64,000 bases of DNA from Sphyrna mokarran (taxonomy: Eukaryota): positions 28,458,001 through 28,522,000 of the forward strand of contig JAGIQG010000017.1 in the NCBI GenBank assembly GCA_024679065.1, read 5' to 3'. Position numbers and translations under genes: made by a program. The notes beneath the pieces are model-generated. The model worked only from the letters and a program-made list of their open reading frames with translations. It searched no databases and was not told the DNA's origin. Shown piece after piece: positions 41,089 through 54,128 of the stretch (position 1 is its first letter; every line of letters begins with the position of its first letter).

Positions 41089-42060
41089 ACAGCATGATCT
41101 TACCAAAAAATTTCTAAGTGACAAATGAACATGAAAACAGGAAAGAATCAAACTTTTAAATAGAATCTTACCTCATTCTGTCAAAAAAAGTGGCAAATCT
41201 GTTTTCCGCTAGCAGGGGGAAGGACAGGGCCTACATTCCCTGAAAGCTTGGAGAAACCAGCAGCAGATAACCACTGCGCATGCCAATTTCCTCCCTCTCC
41301 CATGCACCATGGCCAAAACAGAACATAGAACATAGAACACTACAGCACAGAACAGGCCCTTCGGCCTTCGATGTTGCGCCGACCAATATAAAAAGCAATG
41401 CCCCTCCAAACTAAACCATTCCCTTCTCTTCCATATACTTATCAACTAACCTCTTAAACGCCACCAAACTTGGCGCATCTACAACTGCTGCAGGCAGGGC
41501 ATTCCACTCCCGAACCACCCTTTGGGTAAAGAACCTACCTCTGACATCCGTCCTATAACTATCACCCCTTAATTTAAAGCTGTGTCCTCTCGTGCTAGCT
41601 TTCTCCATCCTAGGATGGAGAAAAATCCTAAAATGTCTTCCAGCTGCCAATTACAGCATGTTCTTGCGAGGTAAGTTCGCAAGGATCGGGCAATCGCTTT
41701 TGCGGAGCACGCAGCATTCACTTCCCACTCACTGTTGCAGAGTGCACAGCATGTGTCTCCCTCCAATCGTTGTTGCAAGTACGCAGTGTACCCCCGCCCC
41801 TCAAGCAATACCAGATGGCCCTGCCGAGTGACTGATGGGCATTGCCAGTGCACCAGTTGCCAGTGCACCAGGCAGGCACTGACAGGAAACCAGGCAGGCG
41901 ATGCCAAGCTGGCACTGCCCAAGGGGCACCCCCCTGCTTCCAATCTCCCAGGGAGAGGTGGCTCAATGGCCTCCAGTCCTACCAGGGAAGCCATCACGAC
42001 AGGTATGAATGGTCCTTGTAGGACTTTAAGGCCTTCTACCATGTCAAACATTTAAAAGCT
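41089..42060. mobile_element. GC-rich MITE-like element hosting a CR1 insertion
   Basis: Left end gcatgatcttaccaaaaaatttctaagtg; interior ggcactgcccaagggg is shared with the 17.8-17.9 kb element. Confidence 0.6.
41317..41615 (-). mobile_element. CR1 LINE 3' end, young family
   Basis: Near-identical to 50300-50598; (catagaa)n tail. Confidence 0.95.
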
Positions 42061-43873
42061 GATCTGATTTTTTTTAAACAAGAAACTAATTTATGAGTAT
42101 TAGATCATAGACTCTGTAAATCCTGAGTTGGGCAAGTGTTTCATTCTATTTTAACTGCTAAAACTCATACATTGCTATTTTAATTAATAAACAAAAACAT
42201 TGACTGAAAATCATTTTGATGCCAAGGGTTGTGATTTTATAGTCATAGATACCTCATTCCAAACACCAGTACTTCGAGCCAATTGTTAGGGCAGTGTGGA
42301 TTTTGCTAACACACTGTTGTCTTTTCTCCCTAGATTAAATTCCACCCTCTGGTATTTGGAGGTGATGTTAAATGTGTAATTGATCAAAGTTAGACCAATC
42401 TGATCTGAAATCTTTCTCTCTTTCCAAAATGTCGAAAGCTATGTCCAAGTTTATGAATCAAAATGGTTGTGTTAACCCAGGAGGTTTTCCTTTCCAAAGG
42501 CCAAAGAGTTTACACGTTCATCATTCTTTTTCTGGAATTGACTATTTCTGTTCAGATAAACAACTCCTACTTTTAGTTAGAACAATGGAATATTTAGCTA
42601 TAATTATATCAAATCATGTCTCTTTGAAAATGGACCTTTTCCATCAATTCTAGCTGGTCATTTTCTCTGAAGATTTAATTCTCTTTTACTCTCTGGTAAA
42701 ACTTTCTGAATCCATTATTCCATTTTTTGAACATTATAAAACTCATGAGGTTTCATTTTCTACTTTATAGGAGACTTAAAAGCTTTTCTGTGAGGCCAGA
42801 TAATTTCTTACTCATGCCACTAAGCAGTGCAAAATTAAGCAGTAGGAGTTAACATATTCTACTATTGTTATCAATAGTAAGCTGTCGCTTCGAAACATAT
42901 AAAAAGTGATTAGACTTTCAAACTCATTTTAACCTGTTGTTCACTGGCAGGGCTGAATATTTTCTGCTCCAATCTCATAATTCCTTTTGTGAGTATGTGG
43001 ATAAGACAAACAGGCTCCTCACACACCAACTCAGACTTAGAAGAGCCTTGCAACTCACAATTCAGATCAGTGACTCAGCAGGTAATTTCACTATTGATCC
43101 TGTTGCAGTAAAACTTTCTTTTTACTATTCTAACCTTTATGCTTCTTAATCCTTACTGAAAAATCAAATATGAATGCATGTTTTGAAAGTCTCAATATCC
43201 ATACAATTGATACCATGATTAGCCAAACTACAGATTGGTAACAGGAACTTGATAATCTAGCCCACAGCATAAGGTAGTTGCAGGGTGGGAAAATTCCAGG
43301 CCTGGACAATTATTCCATTAAGCTTACAAAGATTGCTGACCAGCTTGCCACCTTCCATCTATCTATGTTTGAGGAATCATTGCAACGTAGCTTCCTATGT
43401 CCCTCTCTACAGCTGATATCTATTACACTGCTGATTAAGTAGGATAAAGATCCTAATCAGTGTGAATCATACCAGCCCATCTCCTTCTTAACACAGATGT
43501 AAATGTGCTGGCTTGAGTTTTTGCATGTCGCTAAGAAACTGATCTCAAAATGGTAATATCTCAAGCTCAGGCAAGGTTTTTTAAGAAGTCATTCATTCAT
43601 TCTCAAATAAATAGACTTATCAATTTAATACATTCTCCATCAATATTGAAGGTTCCAGAGGTGATTATTTCTCTAGATCCTGAAAAAACATTGAATAAAA
43701 TAGAGTAGGAATAATTATTTACTGTTTTGACTAGATGTGGTTTTGGTGCTGAATTTATATCTTGTGTTTGCCTTCTTTATGCATCTCCTCAAGTATGTAT
43801 ATGTACTAATGTAAAGCATTCTGAATACTTCCCATTATCTCTAGGAACTTGTCTAGGTTGCCTCCTTTTCCTC

Positions 43874-46800
43874 TGTGGTAACACGGCCCCTTTAAGAGAC
43901 AATCCTTTGTGGGCCTTGTGACCGGGTCTGAAACAATCAAGCATGAGCATATGATCCTCAGCCAATCAGAAGTGAAGACATGCATCTCTGGAGCTGGAAG
44001 AAGGCAAATTGAATTGTTGGGAATAGACCTGTGTTGTTGTGTTGCAAATCCTTCAGTTGCAGATATTTTCTTTTTATTAAATATATCTTCTAGTTTTATA
44101 CCTGCCATATTGTGTCGCCTTGAGTTATCACAACGGGCAATGAGGACCAATCAGATCAGCTATTGAATCATGGAGGATTCCAGCATGGAAACAAGCCGTT
44201 TGGCCCAACTTGTCCATGCCACTTAGGTTTTACCATTAAGTTGGTCCCAATTGCCTATGTTTGGCCTATTTCCCTCTATACCAATCTTAGCTATGTAACT
44301 ATCTAAATGTTTTTAAAAGAAAAAATTGTACCCACTTCTACTATCAGCCATGGCAGCTCGTTTCAGACACTCACCACCCTCAGTGGAAAAATTGCCCCTC
44401 TGGATCTTAAATCTATGCCCTCTAGTTTTAGATTCCCCTACCTTTGGGAAAAGATATTGTTTATCTATCTTATCTATGCCTCGTTATTTTATGGATCTCT
44501 GTAAGATTAACTCTAAGCCAACTATGATCTTATCAATGTTTTGTACAACTTCAAGACGTCCCAACTCCTGTATTCAATGATCTGGCTAATGAAATAAAGC
44601 ATGCTGAATGTCCACCTGTGATTCCACTACTCTGTCCACCTGTGACTCCATTTTCAAGGAGCTATGAACCTGTACCTCTGGATCTCTTTGTTCTGTGACT
44701 CCCTCCAACACCTTACCATTAATTGAGTAAATCCTGCCCTGGTTTGATCAAAATGCATCACCTCACATTTATCTAAATTAAACTCCATCTACCATTGATC
44801 AGTCCACTGGCCCAACTGATCAAAATCCTAGATAACCTTTTTCATGATTCACTATGCCACCAATCTTGGTGTTACCTGCAAACTTACTAACCATGCCTCC
44901 TAAATTCTCACCCAAATCATTAACATAAATGACAAATAACAGTGGACCCAGTACCAATGGCTGAGGCATATCATTGGAAATAGGCCTCCAGTTTGAAAAA
45001 CAACTCTCTATAACCACCCTCACCAATTGGATCCCATGAGATTGTCAAAAGCACGCAATGCAGGGCTAGAAGGGGAGGAGAATAATCATTCAAAGTCCAG
45101 ACTTACTGTCTGGTGTGGAGTTTGATGTACCCAAAACTCAAGGCACAAAAACTTTTGACAAGTTTATCAATTTCATTAAGGATCGCACAAACACCAACTT
45201 TTCGTTATCATGCAGAGATACAAACTCCATTCTGCTAATTAGGGATCCAGGAATGATGGTCTCTGGGCTTTGATGACTGGCTGAGCACTGCTGCTTTGGG
45301 TCTTTGTTGGGAGACATATTGAAGGATGGTTTGGTTTGTGGAATCAACAGCCTCAATATCCACAAGAAACTGCTTGCTGAAACCAAGATTTCACTAGAAG
45401 AATCAATAGAGATGGTTCAATTGACTGAGTGCACTGAGCAAGGCATTTGTGAGCTGCAAAGTGTGCAGAATAAGATGAACCAGTTGTGGTGGGAAGTGGC
45501 TGCTGCCCAAAACAGCCCCAGTGTGGGCGCAGCAGGGTTTGAGAAAAGAGAGAAGAACTGTTCAACACAAGGGTCTGAGGCAAGTTTTTGGTGTGGGGAG
45601 ACCACTCCCAAGAGTTGTGCCAATGCAAGAATTTGCTTCAGATGCAGAAAGAAATGGTCACCTGCAAGCTAGATGTGAAGAGAAGCAGGCTGCACAGAAT
45701 GCTCAAGAAAAAAAATCTCCATGAGTAAACTGGTGGAAGAACCAAATGAGACATCTGAAACTTACACACTCAATAAAATCCATCTTAACAAAATTGTTTT
45801 AATGGTCAATAGCTACCCTGAAAATGGATGTTGACACTGGTGCAGTAGTCACTATCATAAGAGAAAACTCATACAGATATCTCCAGAAGGGGCTGTAACC
45901 CTTAAATTTTAGCCATTCTAAGGCCATATTGAAGATACTAAAAATAATGGGGACAATGTCTGTGCCTGTATCCGTAAAACCAGTCAGCTCAGCTAGCCAT
46001 CAGGGTGATTGAAGGTCAGAGGTCCAGTTTCATTGGATGCGATACAAATAAAATTGAACTGGCTGGGAATATTTAATTTGCAAGATGGCCGATTCCAACA
46101 AATCCTATGTAAATATCAGTGGTATTCCAGAGAGAACTGTGTCAGATAAAAGGAGTCAAAGCTATAATTTACCTAAACTCTGAGGTTGCACCTAAGTTCT
46201 TTTGAACTCACCTGCTGCCCTATGCATTACATAAGAAAGCAGACGTTAACCTGAAGAAGTTGGAAGAGCTGGGCATCATCAAGCTGCGCAGTTTTCTGAA
46301 TCGAGCTGTCCTAAAACCAGACTGCACCAAGGATTAAGAGGACTTACATTCTAATAGTAAAAGGGGAGCTCAGCTCAATCATTACCTTATTCTGAGGATA
46401 GAAGACTTCTAGGCTAAGTTAGTGGGGGCTTCAAATATGACAAGCTAGGCTTAGGTCATGCTTATCAACAACTGGAATTAGAAAAAGACTCCGGGACATT
46501 AGTTCCAATAAATATCTACAAGGGATTGCATTATTACACCCAATTGCCATTTAGTGTTTTGTCAGCCTGTACCATTTTTCAGCACGCCATGGAGAGCTAG
46601 CAGCAAGGAATCCTCAAAGTAGTGGTATACTTGGATGATGTCTTAGTTATAGATACGTCTGTTGAAGAATATGATGCAAACCTGAAGCAATTCCTCAAGA
46701 GATTTAAAGAAGCTGGTGTATGTTTAAAGTCTGAGAAATGTACCTTTAAAGCTGATGGAGTTATATACCTTGATTTCAAAGTGGATGCAAAAGGGTTACA

Positions 46801-48855
46801 TCCTCTTGAAAACGAATGTGAGAGAACTGAAGGTTTCTGTCTAACATATCAATAATTCTGGACCCCCTATACCAGCTTTAAAAAAAAAACCTGCATTGAA
46901 AATGGGGAGACATGCAGAAAAGGCTTTTGCACAAGTAAAGCAGGCTTTTACAATCATCTACAGTGCACGTTCACTTTGACCTGAATAAGCCATTAGTAGT
47001 TATGTGATACCTATTATCTCGCCCCCAGGGTGAAAAGGTGGGTCTTACTGCTAGCAGCACATAACTACATGTTCCAGTACAGGCCAAGAATACAGATCTT
47101 GAAGACAGATGCACTTAGTTGCCTCCCACTGTTCCAGGCCATACTGTCACCACCTGTTCCTCATGAGATAGTACTTCCTGGACAATCTGTCTCAGCATCC
47201 TAAGTTGTGGACAAATAGGGATCTATTACTGTTGATGGTCAAGAAAATAGTGCTGACAGGTTGACACTTTGACAAGGCAGAGCAAATGAAACTGTACTTG
47301 CAACACAAGGATAAGATAATCTCTGAAGCTATTTTTGGGGGCTTGTGTCATTAAAAAACCCATGAGGTAACGGACACTTCTCCAAGAGTTTCACGATGCC
47401 CATACAAGCCAGACCAAAATGAAAATGCTGGCCAGAAGCTATGTCTGGTGGTCTGGCTTTGATAGAGAAACTGGACAAATGGTTTGGTAGTGTGAAAGTT
47501 GTTAGACCCAGCAAACATAACTGCCAATTGTGAACCTGCAATCTTGGGAATGCCTGGCCTTCCGTGGTCTTGGTTTCACATAGATTTTGCTGGGCCTTTT
47601 ATGGGATAAATGCTCTGAATTCTAGCAGATGCCCACTCTAAGTGGCTGGACATTCAGATCGTGTGATCCAACACCGTTACATCTAACGTTGATAAACTGA
47701 GGCAGAACTTCACAATCCATGGATTTTCCAAAGTGTTGGTATCAGACAATGGAATGGAAATTACAGCTGATGAATTTTAGACTTTTGTCAAGTCTAATGG
47801 CATTCGTCATACCAGGTCAGTCCTCTACCATCCTGCCTCAAAATGCGTTGGCAGGTGAGTCATGCAGGCATTCGAGAGACCCATGAAAAAACAGGCTCAT
47901 AGGCTGTTGCCATTGCGACAGGAAAGTTTTTTGTTGTTCTACAATACCACGCCTCACACAAACACGAGGGTCACACCTGCAGAATTGCCAATGGGTTGAT
48001 GTCAATGTACTCATTTACACTTAGTTTGGGGAGGCTAGGCATCCCCTCAGAAACAGTGATATGACTCTCAGAAAGGGGACAGATTGTTTAATGTTGATAA
48101 CCTCATTTTGAGAAGAAATTTTGGTTGCAGAATGGCCAGGATGCTGGGAAGATTGAGGACAAGGTGTGTCAGTCTTGTATATGGTGGAGTCACATGGCTG
48201 ACAAATGAAAAAGCATGTTGACCACTTACGTAAGAGGATAAGAGTATCTCTGGGAAATCAGCAAATAATTTAATCTGTACCAACTTCTGAACTGAAGTTT
48301 TGATGCCCATGATTGGACCAAGGGCTTCAGTGACCAAGGTAGAAGAAGGAGTCAGCATCAATCAAACATCTATCTTCTCCTCATATATATCTTGTGTCTT
48401 TGACTGTTCAGGGGTTCCTCAGCAGTCAGTGTTCTGTCAGAGACTGGAATTCTCTGGACAGATTGACATTATGAACTAACCAGAACTCCCACCCACCCTG
48501 TCTTCCCACAGTAATCTTATTGCTTATATGTTTACGTGATTAACTATTCTTCTGCTCTGTTTTGTTATGGCTAACTCAAAACAGTTTTGGGGGAAGGCAT
48601 GTGGTATTGTGGCCCCTTTAAGAGGCAATCATTCATGGGTGGCCATATGACCGGGTTGGAACCAATGGAGTGTAAACATGTGAACTTGGCCAGATGGCAT
48701 GCATTCCTGGGCCTGGAAGTTGGCAGAACAAGTTGGGGAGTTGTTGGGAGTGGAACTGTATTATTGTGTTGCAAAGCTTTCAATTATAAATAATTTCTTC
48801 TTGTTGAATAAACCTTTTTGTTTTATACCTGCTATACCGAATTGCCTCATTCACA
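43874..48855 (+). mobile_element. Full-length degenerate Ty3/Gypsy LTR retrotransposon
   Basis: 5' LTR 43874-44132 and 3' LTR 48600-48855 (TGTG...CACA); TSD TCCTC at 43869-43873 and 48856-48860; PBS-like acgggcaatgag; PPT gggggaaggca. Gag LKDGLVCGI and CFRC, protease DVDTGA, RT VYLDDVLV, integrase VSDNG. Confidence 0.95.
44166..45040 (-). mobile_element. CR1 LINE fragment (older subfamily) nested in the Gypsy 5' region
   Basis: PQPLVLGPLLFVIYVNDL...SKFAGNTKIGG; homologous to 55735-56280. Confidence 0.9.
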
Positions 48856-50299
48856 TCCTCCTACCTTTTGCACTAGCAATTGAACTTTATTTATCACTCT
48901 AAAATCTTTGCTTTGTCTACTGAGTGTGCGCTGTGGGGATGTGGGGCATCGGGTCTCTTTATATGTTGATGAGCTTCTGCTATTCGTATCTGATTCTGTG
49001 GTTTGTGTGGTTTGTTGTAGATGTTTTAGAAAAATTTGGTTTGTTTTCTGGTTACAAACTAAATCTAAATAAAAATGAGTGCTTCTTAATTAATGATAGT
49101 GATTTGAATCTTGTCGTTTCCATCTAGCTAAATCAGGATTCACTTATTTGGGAATCAAAATGACTTATTTATTTCCTCTCTTTACCTCAAACTTTACATC
49201 ATTGATTACCCAAACAAAACTGGAATTTCAGAGAAGGTCTACTTTACCTCTTTCTCAAGCTAACAAAGTATAATCAGTGAAAATGAATACTCTATCTAGA
49301 TTTTTATATTTATTTCAGTGTCTTCCCATCTTTATTAATATTTTTTTTTTACTCTCAATTAATTTCTTTCTTCATCTGGTTGGGGTGAAGGCTTCCTAGT
49401 GTTTGTAAACAATTGCTACAAAAGCGCAGACTGACTCACTGGTTGACTTCCCAATTTTATGTTTTATTACTAGACTGCTAAAATCCATAAATTAACCTAT
49501 TTGCTTCATCCACCAAAACATTGTCTAGCGTCAATTTGAGGCACACTCCTACCATTTGTTCTCCCTCCCTGCCCTTGTTACTGCCTCTCTTCTTCTGACC
49601 TCCTTCCTCCACTATACTTCTAGTCCCATTGTACTTTCAATTCTTAAAATTTTATGTCAGTTTCGAATACACTTTAAATTGAAAACCTCTTTTGTTTTAG
49701 GACCACTTTTGGTAATCATCTACTTTCTTATATTTGCTTGATTCATATTTCTCTTATGGAAAAACTTTTGTTATGTTTTTGCCTTGTCAAAGGATATAGT
49801 TTGGCTGGATGTGCCCTACAACACCTTCTGTTTATTGCTGGATAAAAGACTCTATGTGTTATCTAAAATTTGAAAAAATAAAATGTACATTGAAGGGATC
49901 AATTGACAAATTTTTATTCTATTTGGCAATTTTTTATTACATCAAGAAATTAACAGTACCCCTATCTGATTAGAGGGTATGGGCTGTTCTTTGGATGACT
50001 GGGTACTAGACAAGGTGATAGAAGTTTGGAAATTTCTTATGCAAACAGCAATTGATGCTGGATCAATATCAATGCAAGATCAATTGTTAGATTTAAATCT
50101 GGAATTGTGATCTAATTTGCAGTAAAAAGGATAGTAACTGCATAGTTAAATTCTTCCAGCATTATGATATGTGATGAAAGCACATTAGTTGTGATGTTAG
50201 CAGTCTGCAGTCATGCTTAAAGCGCTGGCTTTTTGTGCGCAGAATCATGTTAGTTATTTTGAAAAAACTTTTGCTAATTTATGCCTGTTGTTTACTTGT

Positions 50300-51322
50300 A
50301 CATAGAACATAGAACATAGAACATTACAGCACAGAACAGGCCCTTCGGCCTTCGATGTTGTGCCGACCAAAATAAAAAGCAATGCCCCTCCAAACTAAAC
50401 CATTCCCTTCTCTTCCATATACTTATCAATTAACCTCTTAAACGCCACCAAACTTGGCGCATCTACAACAGCTGCAGGCAGGGCATTCCACTCCCTAATC
50501 ACTCTTTGAGTAAAGAACCTACCTCTGATATCCGTCCTATAACTCATACCCCTTAATTTAAAGCTGTGTCCCCTCGTGCTAGCTTTCTCCATCCTAGGAA
50601 AAAGGCTATCACTGTCCACCCTATCTAAACCTCTAATCATCTTATATGCTTCAATAAGATCCCCTCTTAGCCGCCTCCTTTCTAACGAAAACAACCTCAA
50701 ATCCTTCAACCTCTCTTCATAGGACCTGCCCTCCATACCAGGCAACATCCTGGTAAACCTCCTCTGTACCCTCTCCAATGCCTCCACATCTTTCTTATAA
50801 TGTGGGGACCAGAACTGCACACAATACTCCAAGTGCGGCCGCACTAGAGTTTTGTACAGTTGCAACATGATGCTGCGGCTCCTAAATTCAATCCCCCTAC
50901 CAATAAAAGCTAAGACTCCATATGCCTTCTTAACAACTTTATCCACTTGACTGCCTACTTTCAGGGATCTATTGACACATACACCAAGATCCTTCTGTTC
51001 CTCAACACTATTAAGAGCCCTACCATTAGCCCTATACTCTACACATTTATTGTTCCTGCCAAAGTGCATTACCTCACACTTTTCCACATTAAACTCCATT
51101 TGCCACCTCTCGGCCCAGCTCTGCAACTTGTCCAAGTCACTCTGTAAACTATAACACCCCTCTTCACTATCTACCACTCCACCGACTTTAGTGTCATCTG
51201 CAAATTTACTGATCCATCCCTCAATACCCTCATCCAGATCATTTATAAAAATTACAAACAGCAGGGGCCCCAAAACAGACCCCTGAGGCACACCACTTGT
51301 CACCGATCGCTTGTCACTTGTG
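50300..51322 (-). mobile_element. CR1 LINE, 5'-truncated (~1 kb), with an uninterrupted RT C-terminal frame
   Basis: SGVPQGSVLGPLLFVIFINDL, KFADDTKV, LYKTLVRPHLEYCVQFWSP; (catagaa)3 tail. The ORF's first ~36 aa come from flanking DNA. Confidence 0.97.
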
Positions 51323-52970
51323 CCAATGTAGCACTTAAATTCAAAGATTACCCTTGAGGAAAATCTCAAAAAGAGCCTTCGAAAAAATACCCAGATCCCT
51401 TGATCTGAAGAATAGAATTGATATGGAATCAAACAACTAGATTTGGCATCTTTGGCATATGTGTGAAAACTAATCCTTGCTGCTTATGGTAATTGATCAA
51501 GTCTCTAAAGTGGTAAAGAAGTTGAGGGCATGGGAAAACAACGAGTGACACTCATGGTGGTCCTTTGCACCTTGAATTAAATGGTCTCAGTATTGCGAAT
51601 GGGCCGAACCCCAGTTTGAAGAGTCAAACATAAGTAGACGAAATGGAAATATTCAGAAATTTTGGAGACAAGGGTTAGGCTGAGATGGTGTAATATATCA
51701 GATGATTAGAGGTGTTAATTATGAGCTTTTTAAGAAAGGATTAATGTAAGTGCTTTTCATATTAGTGAGGACAGTGTCAGATGATATTGAAGGAGAAACT
51801 GAGCACACAGAAGCTGGGTCAGGTGGCAATCAAAAGGTAGTCATCTTAAAGGCGAAGATGAGCTTATTAAGGGCATGAGAAAAGTGCAGAGTGCAGAGGA
51901 AATAGAAGGTTGAGAGAAGGTCAAATTTGCAGGTAAAAGAACATGTTTTTTATGCTTGCGTCTGCAACGCTCAGAAAAGGAGCAAAAGTAAACTATTTGG
52001 TCCTTTGAGCTTGCTCTGCTATCCAGTCAGATAAAGATTGATCATCTACCTCAACTCTACTTTTCTGCACTATCCTTAATTTTCCTCAAGACTGATATAT
52101 TTTTGGATACTAAGTTTTGAATATACTGAGCATCTAGAGTTCTCACAAATTCAGAATTCCAATGACTCATGAATTTTTAAGTGAAGAAATGTCATCACTG
52201 GGTACAAAAGAGTCAAGGCAGGAAGATTTGGGATGCTTTCCCCCAATCTTTGTAGCAGGAAACACTCCACATTCCTGCTCATCATGGGACTTAGTCTCCA
52301 AATGGGAGCATTTTTTCCGTAGTGTTGCTAAAAGGAGTAGAAGAAGTGAAAATAGAAATACTTATGAAGCTAATGCCTTTAAGTTATCTAGTTGAAAAAC
52401 ATTCACTATTTCAAAAACTGAATTTGGAAGCAGCAAAGAGAAGTGATCCCTGTGACATTTTAAAGTGTAAAGTATAGCACGTAAGACAGTAAGTGTCCAT
52501 ATTTTTGCAGTCATTACTTGTCTAATGTATATGAAAATAAGAAATACCAGCAGACCAGCTGCTCAATGTATCACTAGACAAGTATTCATTCACAGTATTT
52601 AGGATTGCAATTATTAAGTTAGAACCATAAAAGTTACAAACAATTTATCAGTGCCCTAAAAAAATATATTAAAATAATAAATTATCATTTTGTTCTTAAA
52701 TGACACTTTAAGGTAGAACTCTTTGAAACCAACATTTGATGAAAGAAACTTCTTTGCATGTATGTTTAATATGCCAGGAACATATATTATTTATTTTAAA
52801 GCACAAAATATTTTTATATTTTGTATTTCCCACATCAGATTTTCATTCTTCTGTATTACTTCTAACAAAACACACACACTGTTCTTAATAAGTGCTTAAA
52901 GAGCTGAATAACTCAATTACAGCTTACTAAATATGGATAAATATACAGCCCCTAAAAAGGGGCTGTATAT

Positions 52971-53160
52971 TTATATATTTAATAAGCTGCAATCGATCAT
53001 ACTTTCTGGACTTAACCCATCTTCTTCAGTTGGGTTACTGGAAGAATAAAATGTCGAATTATTGCAGTTGGACGACATTACTGCAAAATTCAACCTTTCT
53101 TCTATTTTGTAATCCTCCACTGTTTGAGAATGTCCCTTCTGAGCTATAAATTTATCTTGC
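52971..53160 (-). CDS. Candidate terminal coding exon of an unidentified host gene
   Basis: Acceptor ctgctcacAG|G, then 62 open codons QDKFIAQKGHSQTVEDYKIEERLNFAVMSSNCNNSTFYSSSNPTEEDGLSPESMIDCSLLNI*. CpGs are retained, the downstream region is AT-rich, and AATAAA lies at 52795-52790. No recognised homology. Confidence 0.4.
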
Positions 53161-53547
53161 CTGTGAGCAGCTTTGATGTATAAAATGCAGACCAAATCCA
53201 CAGGTCACAGGTTACCTCTGTAAGGGGTTCATGCCTGGTTCTGGTAACTAATTAAAGCTAATTTGAAACCACATAAATGTCTGTAATATACTTTGAAAAG
53301 GCATTATGTACAATCTATCTTCACTGTAAACAAGGTCCTTGGAAACAATTTTTTTTGTGTGTTTTGATAGGTAAAACATGATGTAGTAGGAAATGAAAAG
53401 AGAACTAAGATTTCTTTATTTCTACAGAAACCATGTCAGACGAAGAGCTTTCCAGTTATTTGATGTTATTGTATAGGGATTAAAAGGTGGCTAGGAACAT
53501 GCTACAATAATTATAGTAATAAGTAGAATGGATGGCATCACAAACCC

Positions 53548-54128
53548 TAGGGAACGTTTCCTACCAAGCTTGTTTCTTTGGCACAAAATTCTCATTGGGT
53601 GGACCATTTTCTAGGCTAAATCTCATGAAAATGTGACTGCTGCCAAAGCGGCAGCAAATGAATTGCCAAGGTACCCTAAAAGAAAGCAGGAATATGTCCT
53701 AATCTTTATTGCAATACTATTAGTCTTTGGGGGGAGGGGTGGATGATGATGTTGGAGCTTGCATGGACATGTCCAGGAGATCTGTGATTGGATGGGGTGG
53801 GGGGAGGGGAGGCATGGCTGGTGATGGGGGTAGCTCTGCTGGCCAGCAATTGAGCCGGCCAGTGATGGGAGGCCAGCACTGCGGGGCTACTACGCATGCG
53901 CCATCTCCACTATAACAGATCCACACATGCACAGTGGCCACTCAGCACCATGCTTCCGGCCTCTCCTGTAGGCTTCACCGACAGCTTTTTAATGATATTC
54001 ATGCTAGTGCGCTCTGCAGTGCACAAAGTATGGGGATTCATTTTGAAAGTTCTGCTGCAAAAAAAGTGGATTTACTCCAGTTTTTATGCGAATTCAACAC
54101 TTAGAATTTTTTTGACAGAATCCCATCC
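53548..54128. mobile_element. GC-rich MITE-like element
   Basis: Right end caacacttagaattttttt gacagaatccc is shared with 57244-57277. Confidence 0.6.

Larger units (their letters stand above)
42300..49950 (+). mobile_element. Degenerate L1/Tx1-like LINE ORF2, split by the Gypsy insertion
   Basis: APE motifs GGDVKCVID, SGIDYF, ISNH; linker EYVDKTNRLLTHQLR; GKIPGLD; RT GTCLGC.. | ..PFALAIE; YVDELLL; KFGLFSGYKLNLNKNE; C-terminal LKFEKIK at ~49860. Confidence 0.9.

Noticed and set aside
50395-51432. 345-aa ORF as a host or domesticated RT gene
   Set aside because: It is a 5'-truncated CR1 with its 3' tail and near-identical sister copies; the N-terminus is read from flanking DNA.
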